Origin: Utricularia gibba
Lineage: Eukaryota; Plantae; Magnoliophyta
DNA: 64,000 nucleotides
Direction: 5' to 3'
Assembly: GCA_002189035.1 (NCBI GenBank)
Contig: NEEC01000007.1
Span: 1,178,001 to 1,242,000, forward strand
Part shown: positions 11,845 to 23,723 of the stretch, piece by piece
Layout: every line of letters starts with the position of its first letter
Numbering within the stretch: position 1 is the stretch's first letter
Made by a program: the position numbers and the translations under genes
Notes under the pieces: generated by a model
What the model saw: the letters and a program-made list of their open reading frames with translations, nothing else
What the model was told of the DNA's origin: nothing
Database searches by the model: none

Positions 11845-14052
11845 TTATGTGAGAAAAACAAGCACAAAGAGGATTACAAACAACAGTAGCAAAAACCCAA
11901 TCATCATAAACTGGCCCTTTGAACTTGCTTTCTTCATCACCATTGCAACTTTTTTCTGCAGCAAGCAATGAAAAGAATATGAGAACACAGTCACTATCAT
12001 TACTTTGTACACTTCAGTGGGAGTGAATTTACACCTGGACAAAATCCAGACGATTCGAAGTCCCATCCATTTCCGTGCCCAAGTCATCTATGATTTTCTC
12101 CTATAGTATTAGGCAACAGAAGTGTCAAACCTCACGAAGTTGAAGACCCGAGGGGCCTATCAGAAGACTTAGAATATGCGACAAATTCTAAATCAGTTTT
12201 TTAACCTGTGCAAGCAGCTCTTCATGTATAGTAAGGCCAACGCCTCCAATTCGTTCTACACTAGCACTGAGCTCATCTAGCTCTTCATCCTGGCGTCTGC
12301 ACACCATACAAATGATTAAAAGATGTATAGGAGTTCCAGTACATACGTGCTAACAAGAAATATAGGCATCCGTGCGTGATTAGATGACTTCCAGAGAAGG
12401 CATGAAATGGAATCCCTGTGTTGCTCACCCTCGAAGAATTTTTAGAACAAAAAATGAAGACTGAATCCCAGAACACGAATCAAATGCCCCAGCTTTATAT
12501 AATAAATATAAAACAAATAAGAGATTTAGGAAGAAGAAAACCAGACAAACTTTAGAGAAAAAACTATTTACCTAATCAGAAGAAGCTGTCTGTCTGATTC
12601 AGATGATATGAAGTCATCGTTACCTTCAGCTATGTACTGGTTTGACTTCTCAGTTTGCTGTGGACTTGGCAGCCTCATGAGTTCACGCCTCACTCCACTA
12701 ATGCTAGACGTAATTGTGCCATTGGACTCATTACCGACTATTGATTTTTTCACATTTCCGACCTGTTCATCAAAGAAGGTGCACGCATCAGAAAAAAAAA
12801 TACCACTCTCAGATCAACAAGTTTAAACTCCAAAGCAACAAAAATAGGATCGATTAAACACCTGAGTTCGTGCATTGCTGGTCCACCTTCTCCTTCTGTC
12901 AAGCTCTGCCTCTTCAATACCATACCTAGCAGGATCTTTAGCAGCAACAGCAATAGTCTTGTCCAGTTCATCCACCTTTTCAAATGCAAACCAATAGTGA
13001 ATCATTAGTACCAGATGTTAATAATTACAAACTACGGAAAAACAAAAAGAGAGAGATGTAAAACATATTCTTGGCGAGCTATATCTTTCCCTAGGAACTA
13101 GCAGGATATCCAACTGCAAACCATTTGGTTTAGCGCGGTGATCCATTTGGTGGGAGATCATGGGATAAAACTTCTGGTAAGCATTACAAAAATAGTAATA
13201 AAAAAAAAAGAAAAAGAAAACAGCAGTATACCTGCCATTCAGTGCTTTCGCATCCAGATAGTAATTCCCTGGAGAGGTGTAATCGCTCTTTATCATCCTT
13301 TGGCGCTCGTTCCCATTGATGATAAGTTAACAGGAGCTTATCAATCTGATCAAAATGAGATGCAGCTATGTTAATCACCCAAAAAAGAGGCGCATTTACA
13401 TGAAGGGTAACAAGCATGATAAATGTTGAAAAATTAAGTGTTTTCCCTTGTGTAGTCGACAGACCAAGCTCACTTGGAACAATCCAAACGAAGACGGAAA
13501 GCAGTCAAAAAAGACGATCGTCCACATAGAAACATAAAGATGATACCAGACAAATCCAACATTGAGTACACAAAAACTACAAATCGTTGACTGACTTAAA
13601 ATATGAGATCTCCCCAATGTCATATAGAAATTGCTGCATTTATAGCATGCTCAGAGAGTTCAGTGGAATCAAATTATAGATCATACGAAACCCATTACAA
13701 TCTAACTTATGACGAGCAACAAACAATACTTATAACCTCTTCAATGAACTAATAAACTCAGTGAATGAAGAAAAAGCCCAGCGGGTGTTGCATAATTATT
13801 AGATTGAGGCGTTTTTCACCCACATGGAACCAAGCTACCCACCAAAACACATCGGTCGGAGCAACCAACAGCACCACCCAGAACAAAAACTTTCATAAAA
13901 GCAAACAATCAGAAAAACTAGAAAAACACCAGAGAGGACCAGAAACTCAAACCAAAAATATTGATCCCAATGCTAATGCACGCTCAAAACGAACTTACAG
14001 AATCCTGAATCTCCTCCTTCACAATATAATAAGGATCCTGCGCCTTAGACAT
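11845..14052 (-). CDS. SYP61: Syntaxin-61 (Qc-SNARE, TGN)
   Basis: Exons 14052-13999, 13345-13232, 12975-12862, 12762-12572, 12296-12206, 12100-12035, 11955-11845. Begins MSKAQDPYYIVKEEIQDSIDK, has the SNARE segment QDEELDELSASVERIG and a C-terminal TM helix. Confidence 0.95.
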
Positions 14053-14526
14053 AATTATGCGCAGAGTGAAAAGCCTGAAAATAATTGAAAAAAACTACAC
14101 AGACATCACGCTCAGGAAGTGCAACAAATATATCCTAAATCCTCCTGTTTATTCCTGAAAGTCCAGGTCTCATGTTGCAGTTGCGTCCTGACGAAGTTCG
14201 TTCATTCAGCAGTACGGAGCTGTTCCCCAAAATTTCCAATCGCACGCTCAAAGCCCCTCAAACCCGAGCCCGAGCCCGAGCCCAAGAATAGGTATTAATA
14301 GACTCCAAATTACTAGTAAGACAGCTTTACTGGGTATGAACCCATTGGGCCCAAACAGGCCCACAATCCGCACTTACCTCTTGAACTACTGCTACCTTTC
14401 AATCTCACAGCCCTTGGCCATCTGAATTCTCAAATTAGGCGGAAAGTTTCAGTATTGACGCTCGAACCAGAAATCAGTTGATTCCCTTGCTCTTTTTGCC
14501 TTTTACATTCGTATAGTTTTTAGAGT
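14053..14526. promoter_or_regulatory. Shared divergent promoter region of SYP61 and KIWI
   Basis: The two ATGs are 474 bp apart. Site II motifs TGGGCC/GGCCCA at 14346-14363 and a (CCCGAG)3 repeat at 14263-14283. Confidence 0.6.
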
Positions 14527-15532
14527 ATGTCGAAGAGGTGGAGGAAGAGGGAGGAGGATGTGGCAGTTTCGGAAGGCGACGAGCCTCCGAAGAAGTCGTC
14601 GAAGGTCGAAAATGATTCCGGCGATCAAATTGTTGTCTGCGAGGTGCCGTACTTGACACAGTAGTTTTTTAAGTGTCTTTCGAGTGAAATGATATGCTGT
14701 TGTATTGTGGAAAAAAATGAAATGATATGCTGCTGTTTGACATTATGTTGAAATTCAGCTATCCAAGAATCGTAAAGTTCTGGTGCGGACATGGATGGGG
14801 AAGGTTGTCGTTGACATCAGGGAATACTATTCCAAAGATGGAAAGGAGTGTCCTGGAAAAAAAGGTTAGTATTTCTATATTCATTTTGCTTTGTGGATTC
14901 GGGCATGATTGATTTTAGTTATGACATGCATCAAACTTGAAGCTTACAAATACCCTTATTTCCGGGTAACTTGTTCAGGAGATGCTTTTTATCAACACAT
15001 GCTTACACATCTACATATTGTTAGTTTGAACGAAATTCTGTTTGGCGATATACCATATCAGATTCTTTTCATTGTTTTGCACAGGAATATGCACTACTCA
15101 TAAGGTTTTAAGTCTAGTAAAAAGAACTAATGCTTGCCACATAGAGTAGCTTATTATTGGACCTAGCATTTTCTCTTGGTGACGCCCATTGTTGTGTTGG
15201 ATATGCCCAGCCCCACTCATCACTGACATTTACCTGCATTGTAAGATGGAGCATCTTTAAAAGCTTACCTTTTCTCATGTCCAAGATTGCTTCCTTCCTA
15301 GTAGTAACTAGAGCTTTGAGTTGACAAGTTGCTCTGTGTTACTCTAACAATTTTGTTCATGTGACTATATTGCAGGGATTTCATTGACCTTGGACCAGGT
15401 ACTACATGAGATTGCTTCCCTCCCTTTCATCTTTATATGCTTGAATCCTCATTTCTTCCCCCCCTATTTTAGTGGAACGTACTCAAGGATCATGTAGATG
15501 ACATCGACGAAGCGTTGTCTGTGAATGCATGA
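14527..15532 (+). CDS. KIWI: RNA polymerase II transcriptional coactivator KIWI (PC4 family)
   Basis: Exons 14527-14643, 14759-14864, 15376-15398 (23-nt micro-exon), 15473-15532. Spliced product includes IVVCELSKNRKVLVRTWMGKVVVDIREYYSKDGKECPGKKGISLTLDQWNVLKDHVDDIDEAL. Confidence 0.93.
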
Positions 15533-16170
15533 AAACATGACTTCAGGCTATGCTTTTTCTCACCAACTGCATTGGAAGCAGTTCCTGTTGTCTAATCCTG
15601 TGCAAGCCCTCATGAAAGGGGCATCTCTCATTTCCCTTCTACCTACCTGCATGTAAAATATTTTGTATCATGCTTCTGAACTCCTTTCAGGAATGGCATC
15701 CATCTCTTGGAACCTTCTGATGTTTCTAAATTTTACCAAGAACTAGCTTCATATTAGGAAGGCTTCTCCCTTAAAATTTGGTAGCATAATTTAATTAATT
15801 ATGTATTTTGAATCACTTATTAAATATTTACATAAATACATATTTTATATCATAAGACAGGTGTCGGCTGTTGGTTGGTGGATTTTTTAGGGCGAATAGG
15901 TTGGCGCCCTCGTCTCTAGGCGACGTCGTTTAAATAAAGAGTTGTATATGGAATCTTTCCCTAATCTACCACACCGCTGTGCCCTAGCCGATTAATTAAC
16001 TAATTAAATAATTAAGATTATTTTTTATATAAAAATGGAAAAGGAATATTATTTTCCTCAAGAGCGTTGACAGTTACTCCTTTCCTCTTGCTACGCTACC
16101 GTGGAATTAATTGCCCATAAAACAAATTTAATTCATTGACCGCGTTGCTTCGTCGCCCTCCACCACCAAG

Positions 16171-17988
16171 ATGGACACCAACGCCACCGCCGTGCCGGAA
16201 GCCTACGCTTTCACATCCGCTGCCGTGCCGGAGTGGCTCAACAAGGGGATAACGCATGGCAAATGATCTCCGCCACCCTCGTCGGCCTCCAAAGCGTCCC
16301 GGGGCTTGTGATTCTGTACGGGAGCATCGTCAAGAAGAAATGGGCTGTAAACTCAGCTTTCATGGCGTTTTACGCCTTCGCAGCCGTCGTCCTCTGCTGG
16401 GTTTTATGGGCGTACAAGATGTCCTTCGGCGAGAAGCTTTTGCCCTTTTGGGGAAAAGCCGGTCCCGCCCTCGGCCAACATTACCTAATCGCTCGGGCGA
16501 ATTTGAAGGCGACGGTGCATCGGTATCATAACGGGACGGTGGAAACGGCGACCGCGATGCCATACTATCCCACCGCCACGATGGTGTGGTTTCAGTGCGT
16601 TTTCGCGGCGATCACGGTGGTGCTTTTGGCCGGATCATTGCTGGGGAGGATGAACATCAGAGCGTGGATGATTTTCGTGCCCCTTTGGTTAACCCTATCC
16701 TACACCGTCGGAGCTTTTAGCCTGTGGGGCGGCGGGTTCCTTTTCCAGTGGGGAGTTATAGACTACTCAGGCGGCTACGTCATTCATCTCTCATCGGGGA
16801 TTGCCGGAATCACCGCTGCATATTGGGTTCGTCACCCCTACTGAGTACTGACTTTTTTATCCACAACGAAATTGAATATTCCTACACAACACTATTTTCT
16901 CCTCAATAGGTGGGCCCGCGGTTGAAGGCTGATCGGGAAAGATTCCCTCCCAACAACGTCCTTCTGATGCTCGCCGGAGCGGGGCTCCTCTGGATGGGCT
17001 GGGCCGGTTTTAACGGCGGCGATCCCTACAGTGCGAACATAGATTCGTCGATGGCGGTCCTCAACACTAACATTTGCGCAGCCACGAGTCTCCTCGTTTG
17101 GACATGTCTTGATGTCGCAGTGTTCGGTAGACCCTCCGTCATCGGCGCCGTACAGGGCATGATCACCGGCCTTGTCTGCATCACTCCCGGAGCAGGTACC
17201 TTTATTTTTTTTTCGTGAAACAAAGGAATCTTCCCAGAAAATTGAAGTGGAAATTGATGATAAAATTTTTATTATTTTTATTTTTTCACATTAATCAGTG
17301 AAGTTTGACTTTTTTTGAAATTTTAGTTAAAATAGAATATTCCTGGAAAAGATTGATGCCATTTTATTTTCATTTTCTTTTAATAATTAATAAATGGAAT
17401 AAGAGCAGAATGCTGTATTTAACAAACAGTCCCTAAATAATTGTTAATTTGCATACAGGGTTGGTTCAAGGCTGGGCAGCGATAATCATGGGAGTCCTCT
17501 CCGGCAGCGTCCCCTGGTTCACGATGATGGTGGTCCACAAAAAGTGGCCGCTCCTCCAAAAAATCGACGACACTCTCGGCGTCTTCCACACGCACGCAGT
17601 CGCCGGATTCCTCGGCGGCCTTCTCACCGGCATCTTCGCCGAGCCGGTCCTTTGCAACCTCTTCCTGCCGGTGACCAATTCGCGGGGTGGGGTCTACGGC
17701 GGCGTGGGTGGGATGCAAGTACTGAAGCAGATCGTGGGAGCAGCGTTCGTCACCGGCTGGAACATAGTCGTCACTTCCCTGATATGCGTCGCCATCGGGG
17801 TGGTGGTGCCGCTGCGGATGCCGGAGGAGCAGCTGCTGATCGGCGACGACGCAGTCCACGGCGAGGAGGCGTACGCGCTCTGGGGAGATGGAGAGAAGTA
17901 CGATTCCACGAGGCACGGCGTCATGTTATCGGAGGATCAGATGATGCCCAAAGCCAGAACCTCCATCGGAGCTACCCAAGTTGTGTGA
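16171..17988 (+). CDS. AMT3: Ammonium transporter, AMT2/AMT3 subfamily; apparent -1 frameshift at 16245-16248
   Basis: Exons 16171-16826, 16910-17195, 17459-17988. Motifs: [14 protein letters not shown] (split across frames), [22 protein letters not shown] and [12 protein letters not shown]. Adding one G gives 490 aa. Confidence 0.93.
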
Positions 17989-18415
17989 TGTCACAAAATC
18001 ATTAAAACGAATCATAAGCAATTATTAAACTTGATTAACCACAACTAGGGTTTCCATAGCCAATGTTTGGTGTATAAATATAAATATTAAAAAAAAACCA
18101 TTTCTAGATTTTAATGTTTACTTAATTTTTTTAAAAATAGATGTAGGGCCCACCCGAGCCTCGGACCAGACCACGTGGCCTTGAGCCGAGGCTGGCCATG
18201 CATCTCGCTTGGAATACGTTTTTCATTAGGTAAATTAACTGATGGACGCATTCCACACTGGTGAAAAGGCTTTGGGTATATAGGCTCCTATGTTGGGCCT
18301 CCATAACCAGCCCATTTATAGCTGAGGCCCAATCCTTAGCTTTGAGGGCAGTGGGCCCCACTTGCGTATATGAAGGAACAAATTATGCAGGTGGGAAGGC
18401 ACCATGTTGATGATA

Positions 18416-21400
18416 TCAGAGAACTTGTTTCTCTAGTTTCAGGACAGCCATGAAAGCTTCTTGTGGAACATCAACTTTTCCAATTGATTTCATTCTCTTC
18501 TTCCCCTCGGCCTGTTCAGCAGACATTCATCATGATAAGCAAAGGAATCCATGAAGCAGCACAAAATGTGTCCATCATTGGAGTTACCTGCTTGCGCAGC
18601 AGCTTCTTCTTTCTGGTGATATCCCCACCTGCACAGGAGATTCGAAGGAACCGAACCAGTTGATGGAAACTTGGGAGGGTTAAATGCTTGGAAGGGAAGA
18701 ACGGAAGCATGAATTCACCGTACCGTAGCATTTGGCCAGAACATCTTTTCTGATGGCAGATATCGATTCACTTGCGATGACTTTGGACCCTATGCAAGCC
18801 TTGAACCCACACGCACAAAACAAACTTAAGTGATGCGGTGCCATTGTGTCGCATGATTAGGCAACTTCAGACATGGATACCTGAATTGGAACTTTGAACA
18901 TTTGTCTGGGTATTAGCTCTTTCAGCTTTAGAGTCAACGCCCTTCCAACACTATAAGCCTGAAAAGTCGGGATCAGGAAAATTGAACCAGTGGTATCAAC
19001 ATCCCAATGTTATGATTTGAGCATGCACTCTATTATGGACTAGCTGATCACATACCAAAATCGATATACTGCATGCAATTGTAGTTGTCTATGGAGCAGA
19101 CGAAGGCAGAGAATCGCTGTAAATAGTTATTAGAGAAGCCACACTACCTTGTCTTTATGCACAATAGTGGACAAGGGCTCTACAGGGTCCCCATTAATCT
19201 GAATGTCAAGCTTTATCAAGTCACTCTCTTTATATCTGCAAATAAAAAAAGCATCTTTTAAAACCACAGGCACAAATTTGGTACGAATTACATGTATGAG
19301 GGCAGAACAAAGTATGCCAGTGCATTTCAGCAGACCGCTTATCACAGTGGATGAAAGGGAAGACTCGAAAAGCTTCGTACGAGGGAAATAAAAGCCTTGT
19401 GGATTCTGTTAGAAGGAAAAAAATAATATGTATTCACCCTGTAAAGGAATACTCCATGCTTGCATATCCTTTACTCCTGGACTTTAGCTGATCAAAAAAA
19501 TCACCTACCATCTACACGATAAAAAAAGGAAATCAAACTAAGTGGCACGTGTGAATTTGAAGTACCACGTACAACAGATGATCGTTGGTTTAACAGCAAC
19601 AGAAATCATATACCTCAGCGAGTGGCAACTCATATATAATTGACGCCCTGTTCTCAGTGATGTACTTAATTTCTTTAAATTCACCTCTCCTTTCCTGAGC
19701 AAGTTCCATGAGTGTACCAATGTAGTCTTTAGGTGTAAGCATTTCAATCTGTAAAATATAAATATATCTCCAATAAAGAGAGCGTATAAAATGCAGATCA
19801 TGAATATGAATATATTAATCAACCTTAACAAATGGCTCTTCTATAGACTTTCTGCTTCCAGGTTCAGGAAGGAGAGAGGGATTTGAACACTCAAGCTGCA
19901 CCAAAGTAAGGATGGAAGTGAAGCTCATGCAAAGAGGAAAAGCAGAAAAAAACTAAGAAAAAATTGTTTTCATATATCAAAGCATTTTGGAAATATTTCT
20001 TAAAAGTATTTCAATTAATTTTCCTTGAAGTTGTAAATTAAGTGCCGAATAAAATTAATGTAGATGATGAAAGTGCTGTCTCTAAACTCAACCTTCGCAC
20101 AGCATGAACTATGAATAATGAAAGAGGATAAAACAGAATCGGATAGAAAAGAAATTACAGTATCACCGTTCACACAGTTCACTCTGTAAACAACACTGGG
20201 AGCAGTGGTTATTAGACTCAAATTATACTCGCGTTCCAGCCTTTCCTGAAAAAAAATAATAGCATTATTATCTTCAAGCAAAAAAATGTATATATAAAAG
20301 AAATCTTCAAGCATAAAAAGCAATGCTAATAAGGAATTCCAGACCTGAACAATTTCCATGTGAAGAAGACCAAGAAATCCACAACGAAAGCCAAAGCCCA
20401 TGGCACTTGATGTTTCTGGCTCGAACTGTAAAATGTTATAAATGTTGAACACTTTGCAATTTTATACATCATTTTCCGGACTATAGATACAGGAAAAATC
20501 TCCATTCTATTTCTTCTGTATAAGAGGATTAACACAACATTACAGAAGAGAACACCTTACAAATGGTGCTCTTAGTTTCCTCAAAGGTAGTGAGCAGACA
20601 AAAGGAAAGGAAAGAAGGATGCTTAAATAAATTCCCCCCCATGATCACACAAATGTCCACAGTGCCAGGTTAACCACGCGAGTAAGAAAAGAATGCATGA
20701 ATTAGGCTACCTTTAAAGCAGCATCATTAAGTTGCAATTTCTCCAAAGCATCACGTAATTCATTAAATCTACAAGATTAGTATGCAAAAATAATCATCAC
20801 GTTCAATGCTACACTTACATAGAACAGAATGAATAAACATGCATTGAGAAGGAGACATACTGATCCGCATCAACAGGAAACAGGCCACAGAAAACCATTG
20901 GCGTTGCCTCTTTATATCCAGGAAGAGAATCTTCTGACCTTCTATTGTAATGTGTGATTGTGTCTCCAACTCTGGCGTCTGCTACAGTTCTTATAGAAGC
21001 TGATAGGTAGCCAACCTGGAAGGCAAAATGACGGGAGAGTCAATTCAAATATTCTAGCATGGGAAAGTAGACAATTGGCATAAGTTACTAGAAATTTAAG
21101 GTGAGAATGCAGGAGATGCAGGATGTCAAAAACAAATAAGAATATTCAAAAGCAAAAACAAAAGCTTGAGATTGACGACCCACCTCTCCAGCGTATAGAT
21201 TATCAACCTGCAACTGATTAGGCGACAAAACCCCAATCTCATCAGCAAAATAATCCTGCATTTGTACATGTCATTGTCAGGATGACTGGAAGTCTCAGTC
21301 CCAACAGCCAGCAAAACCAAAGAATTTCCACTCAGATATTCTGATTCTATTTGCAGTACATAGTGGTTTCCATATAACATCGGTCATCAAAAGCATGAGA

Positions 21401-23386
21401 TGTCATATTGTTTTGATGAAAGAAAACATCCAAACACAGATTATCAAACTGCAGAACGCACCAGATTCATACCTTACCACTGGCCATAAACAGAATCCGG
21501 TCACCTTTTTTAAGTGTCCCATCAATAAGTCGAAAATATACAATAACACCACGGTATGCATCATAGTAACTGCAAAGGGTGTGGTGAAGAGCACATAAAA
21601 TCACATGAACACAACTTCAAGGTGCATAAGATTTCCACACCTTCAAGAAATCTTAAACCCTTTAAGGAATAAGGAGATTGATCATAGTACCTAAATCAGA
21701 TACCTATCGAAAATAAGGGCTCTCAATGGCCTATCTGCAGAATCTTGTGGTGGAGGGATCTTTTTAACAATGGCATTAAGAATTTCATTGATGCCTATAC
21801 CCTCCTACAAGATAAAGCAAATATGTCATCTTCCCCTGAGGTGGTTCTAATGGTAACAAATAGTGAATATTTGTGTTTCAAGCTAATTACGAAACACGAC
21901 TATCAACCTTGGCTGAGCAGTAAATTGCATCACTACAGTCCAGACCAACCACCTGATAACAGAGCACAATTACATTCATGTCCAATGTAGCAAAATGATC
22001 AAAAGGATATACTGTAGAAAATAATGATTAAAATCGTATATTCATTGCTTCAGTATAAACATTTTTCAAACAAACCTCTTCAATCTCCCGGGAAACTCTT
22101 TCTGGCTCAGCACCAGGAAGATCTATCTTATTCAAAACCTACAGATTTAAAAAGCAGAAAAATCTTAATAGCAAGCTCCCCTTCAAAAGAAGAATGATAA
22201 TACGTGAAATTCAATGAAAGGAAGAGAGGAGAGAAAAGGTTACAGGGATGATCTCAAGGTTGTTTTCCAGAGCCAGATACACATTTGCCAATGTTTGAGC
22301 CTCCACTCCCTAAAATATTCGTGGTTAAAACATGTGCCAATATCAACATCATAGCGCAAATTCTATGAAATGATCGTAAAATAAAAACATAGAAGTTTAA
22401 AATTTTCTGAGGAGGTAAGAGAAGGAAATAGTTAAAAAACGTCAATTAAAATAATGAAAGTACCTGGGAAGCATCCACAACAAGAAGTGCACCCTCACAT
22501 GCAGCAAGAGAGCGAGAAACCTTGGGCAAAAAAATAACGAATAATGTCAAGGGACCTGTTAACTCAGTGCTCCAGTTCAAGCTACTATAATAAAGGATAA
22601 TGGCATAATATTTTTGAATTATGCCAGAGGATTACCTCATAGGAGAAATCGACATGCCCTGGTGTATCAATAAGATTCAGGCAATACGGTTGATCGTTGC
22701 AAATGAAACGCATCCTTGCAGCCTACAAAAGAAACTGTGAAGAGATTAAATTTGTTGGATACAGAAGAAGCCATGTTGCTCTCTAGTAAATGCATTCAAA
22801 AAAGAAGATATGAATGTGGTTCATTAACAAATCCCCGACAGTGTTGCTGAACCTGTAATTTGATGGTGATGCCTCTTTCTCTTTCCAAGTCCATATTATC
22901 AAGGAATTGCTCCTTCATTTCTCTGCTCTCCACCGTACCAGTCATCTCAAGCAGTTTATCCGCAAGTGTCGACTTTCCGTGATCTATGTGTGCTATGATG
23001 CAGAAATTCCTTATATTTGAGGAAGGCACCTACGTTGAAATTACATTACAATTACACCAAGAGGAATGAGCAGATATCTCCATAGCCCAAAGCTAAGGCA
23101 TATCTGCTGTCTTGGAAAACAGAAAACGAACCTTCAAGAGCCTGTCTTTACCCGCTCGAGCGGCGGATTGGAGGTCCATTTCCGAAGGAACGCTGTTTCC
23201 AGAAACACGACAGCTGATTTCCCGTAAACCACGCCGGGCATGTCGCAATAAACTACGCCGATACTTGACAGGACCTAACCGAAGCTCGATTCTGCATGAA
23301 CTCGGCGACGAAGAACGATTATCCAAGGCCGCGGCCTGGACACGGTGGTAAGGACAGTTAGCAGTCACCGGCGCGGCGGCCGCCAT
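18416..23386 (-). CDS. GUF1: Translation factor GUF1/LepA (EF4), plastid-type
   Basis: About 22 GT-AG exons. Transit-peptide-like N-terminus, then [48 protein letters not shown] and C-terminal [20 protein letters not shown]...[17 protein letters not shown]. Confidence 0.96.
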
Positions 23387-23723
23387 TCTGTGATAAGCCT
23401 CGACAGCCAACACTCAGAAGATTATGGGAAAGGCTGTATTAGAGACTCTCCCTCGGATGTTGCTTTTATACCACTGATTTCCTCACCTCATCCTCAAACT
23501 TGAACCGCTGAGACTACGAATCGTCTCAAAGGTCACACATCTCCATAGGATTTGAACTCAATATCTTCGCGAAGAAATTTACAAGGAAAAATCCGTACAC
23601 CGGAAACGGATTCCGAATAACATACGAAATGAATAACCATGAACTCAAACTACAGGTTCAAGAGCTTCAGATTAGAACAATGAGCGCAGAGAAGCAGCAG
23701 CATTCCTGAACTGTCCATCTTCT

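Noticed and set aside
14686-14732. 14-bp direct repeat GAAATGATATGCTG in KIWI intron 1
   Set aside because: A small local duplication with no effect on splice sites.
17419-18005. Long overlapping or antisense ORFs over AMT, GLP, GRAS, KCS and WEB genes
   Set aside because: These are the expected shadows of GC-rich or coiled-coil coding sequence and have no independent motifs.
22002-22013. Perfect U12-type donor ATATCCTTT just after an internal AG in a GUF1 intron (minus strand)
   Set aside because: The flanking exons join in frame via a normal GT-AG intron (22075-21953), and there is no U12 branch site or AC acceptor. Likely chance.
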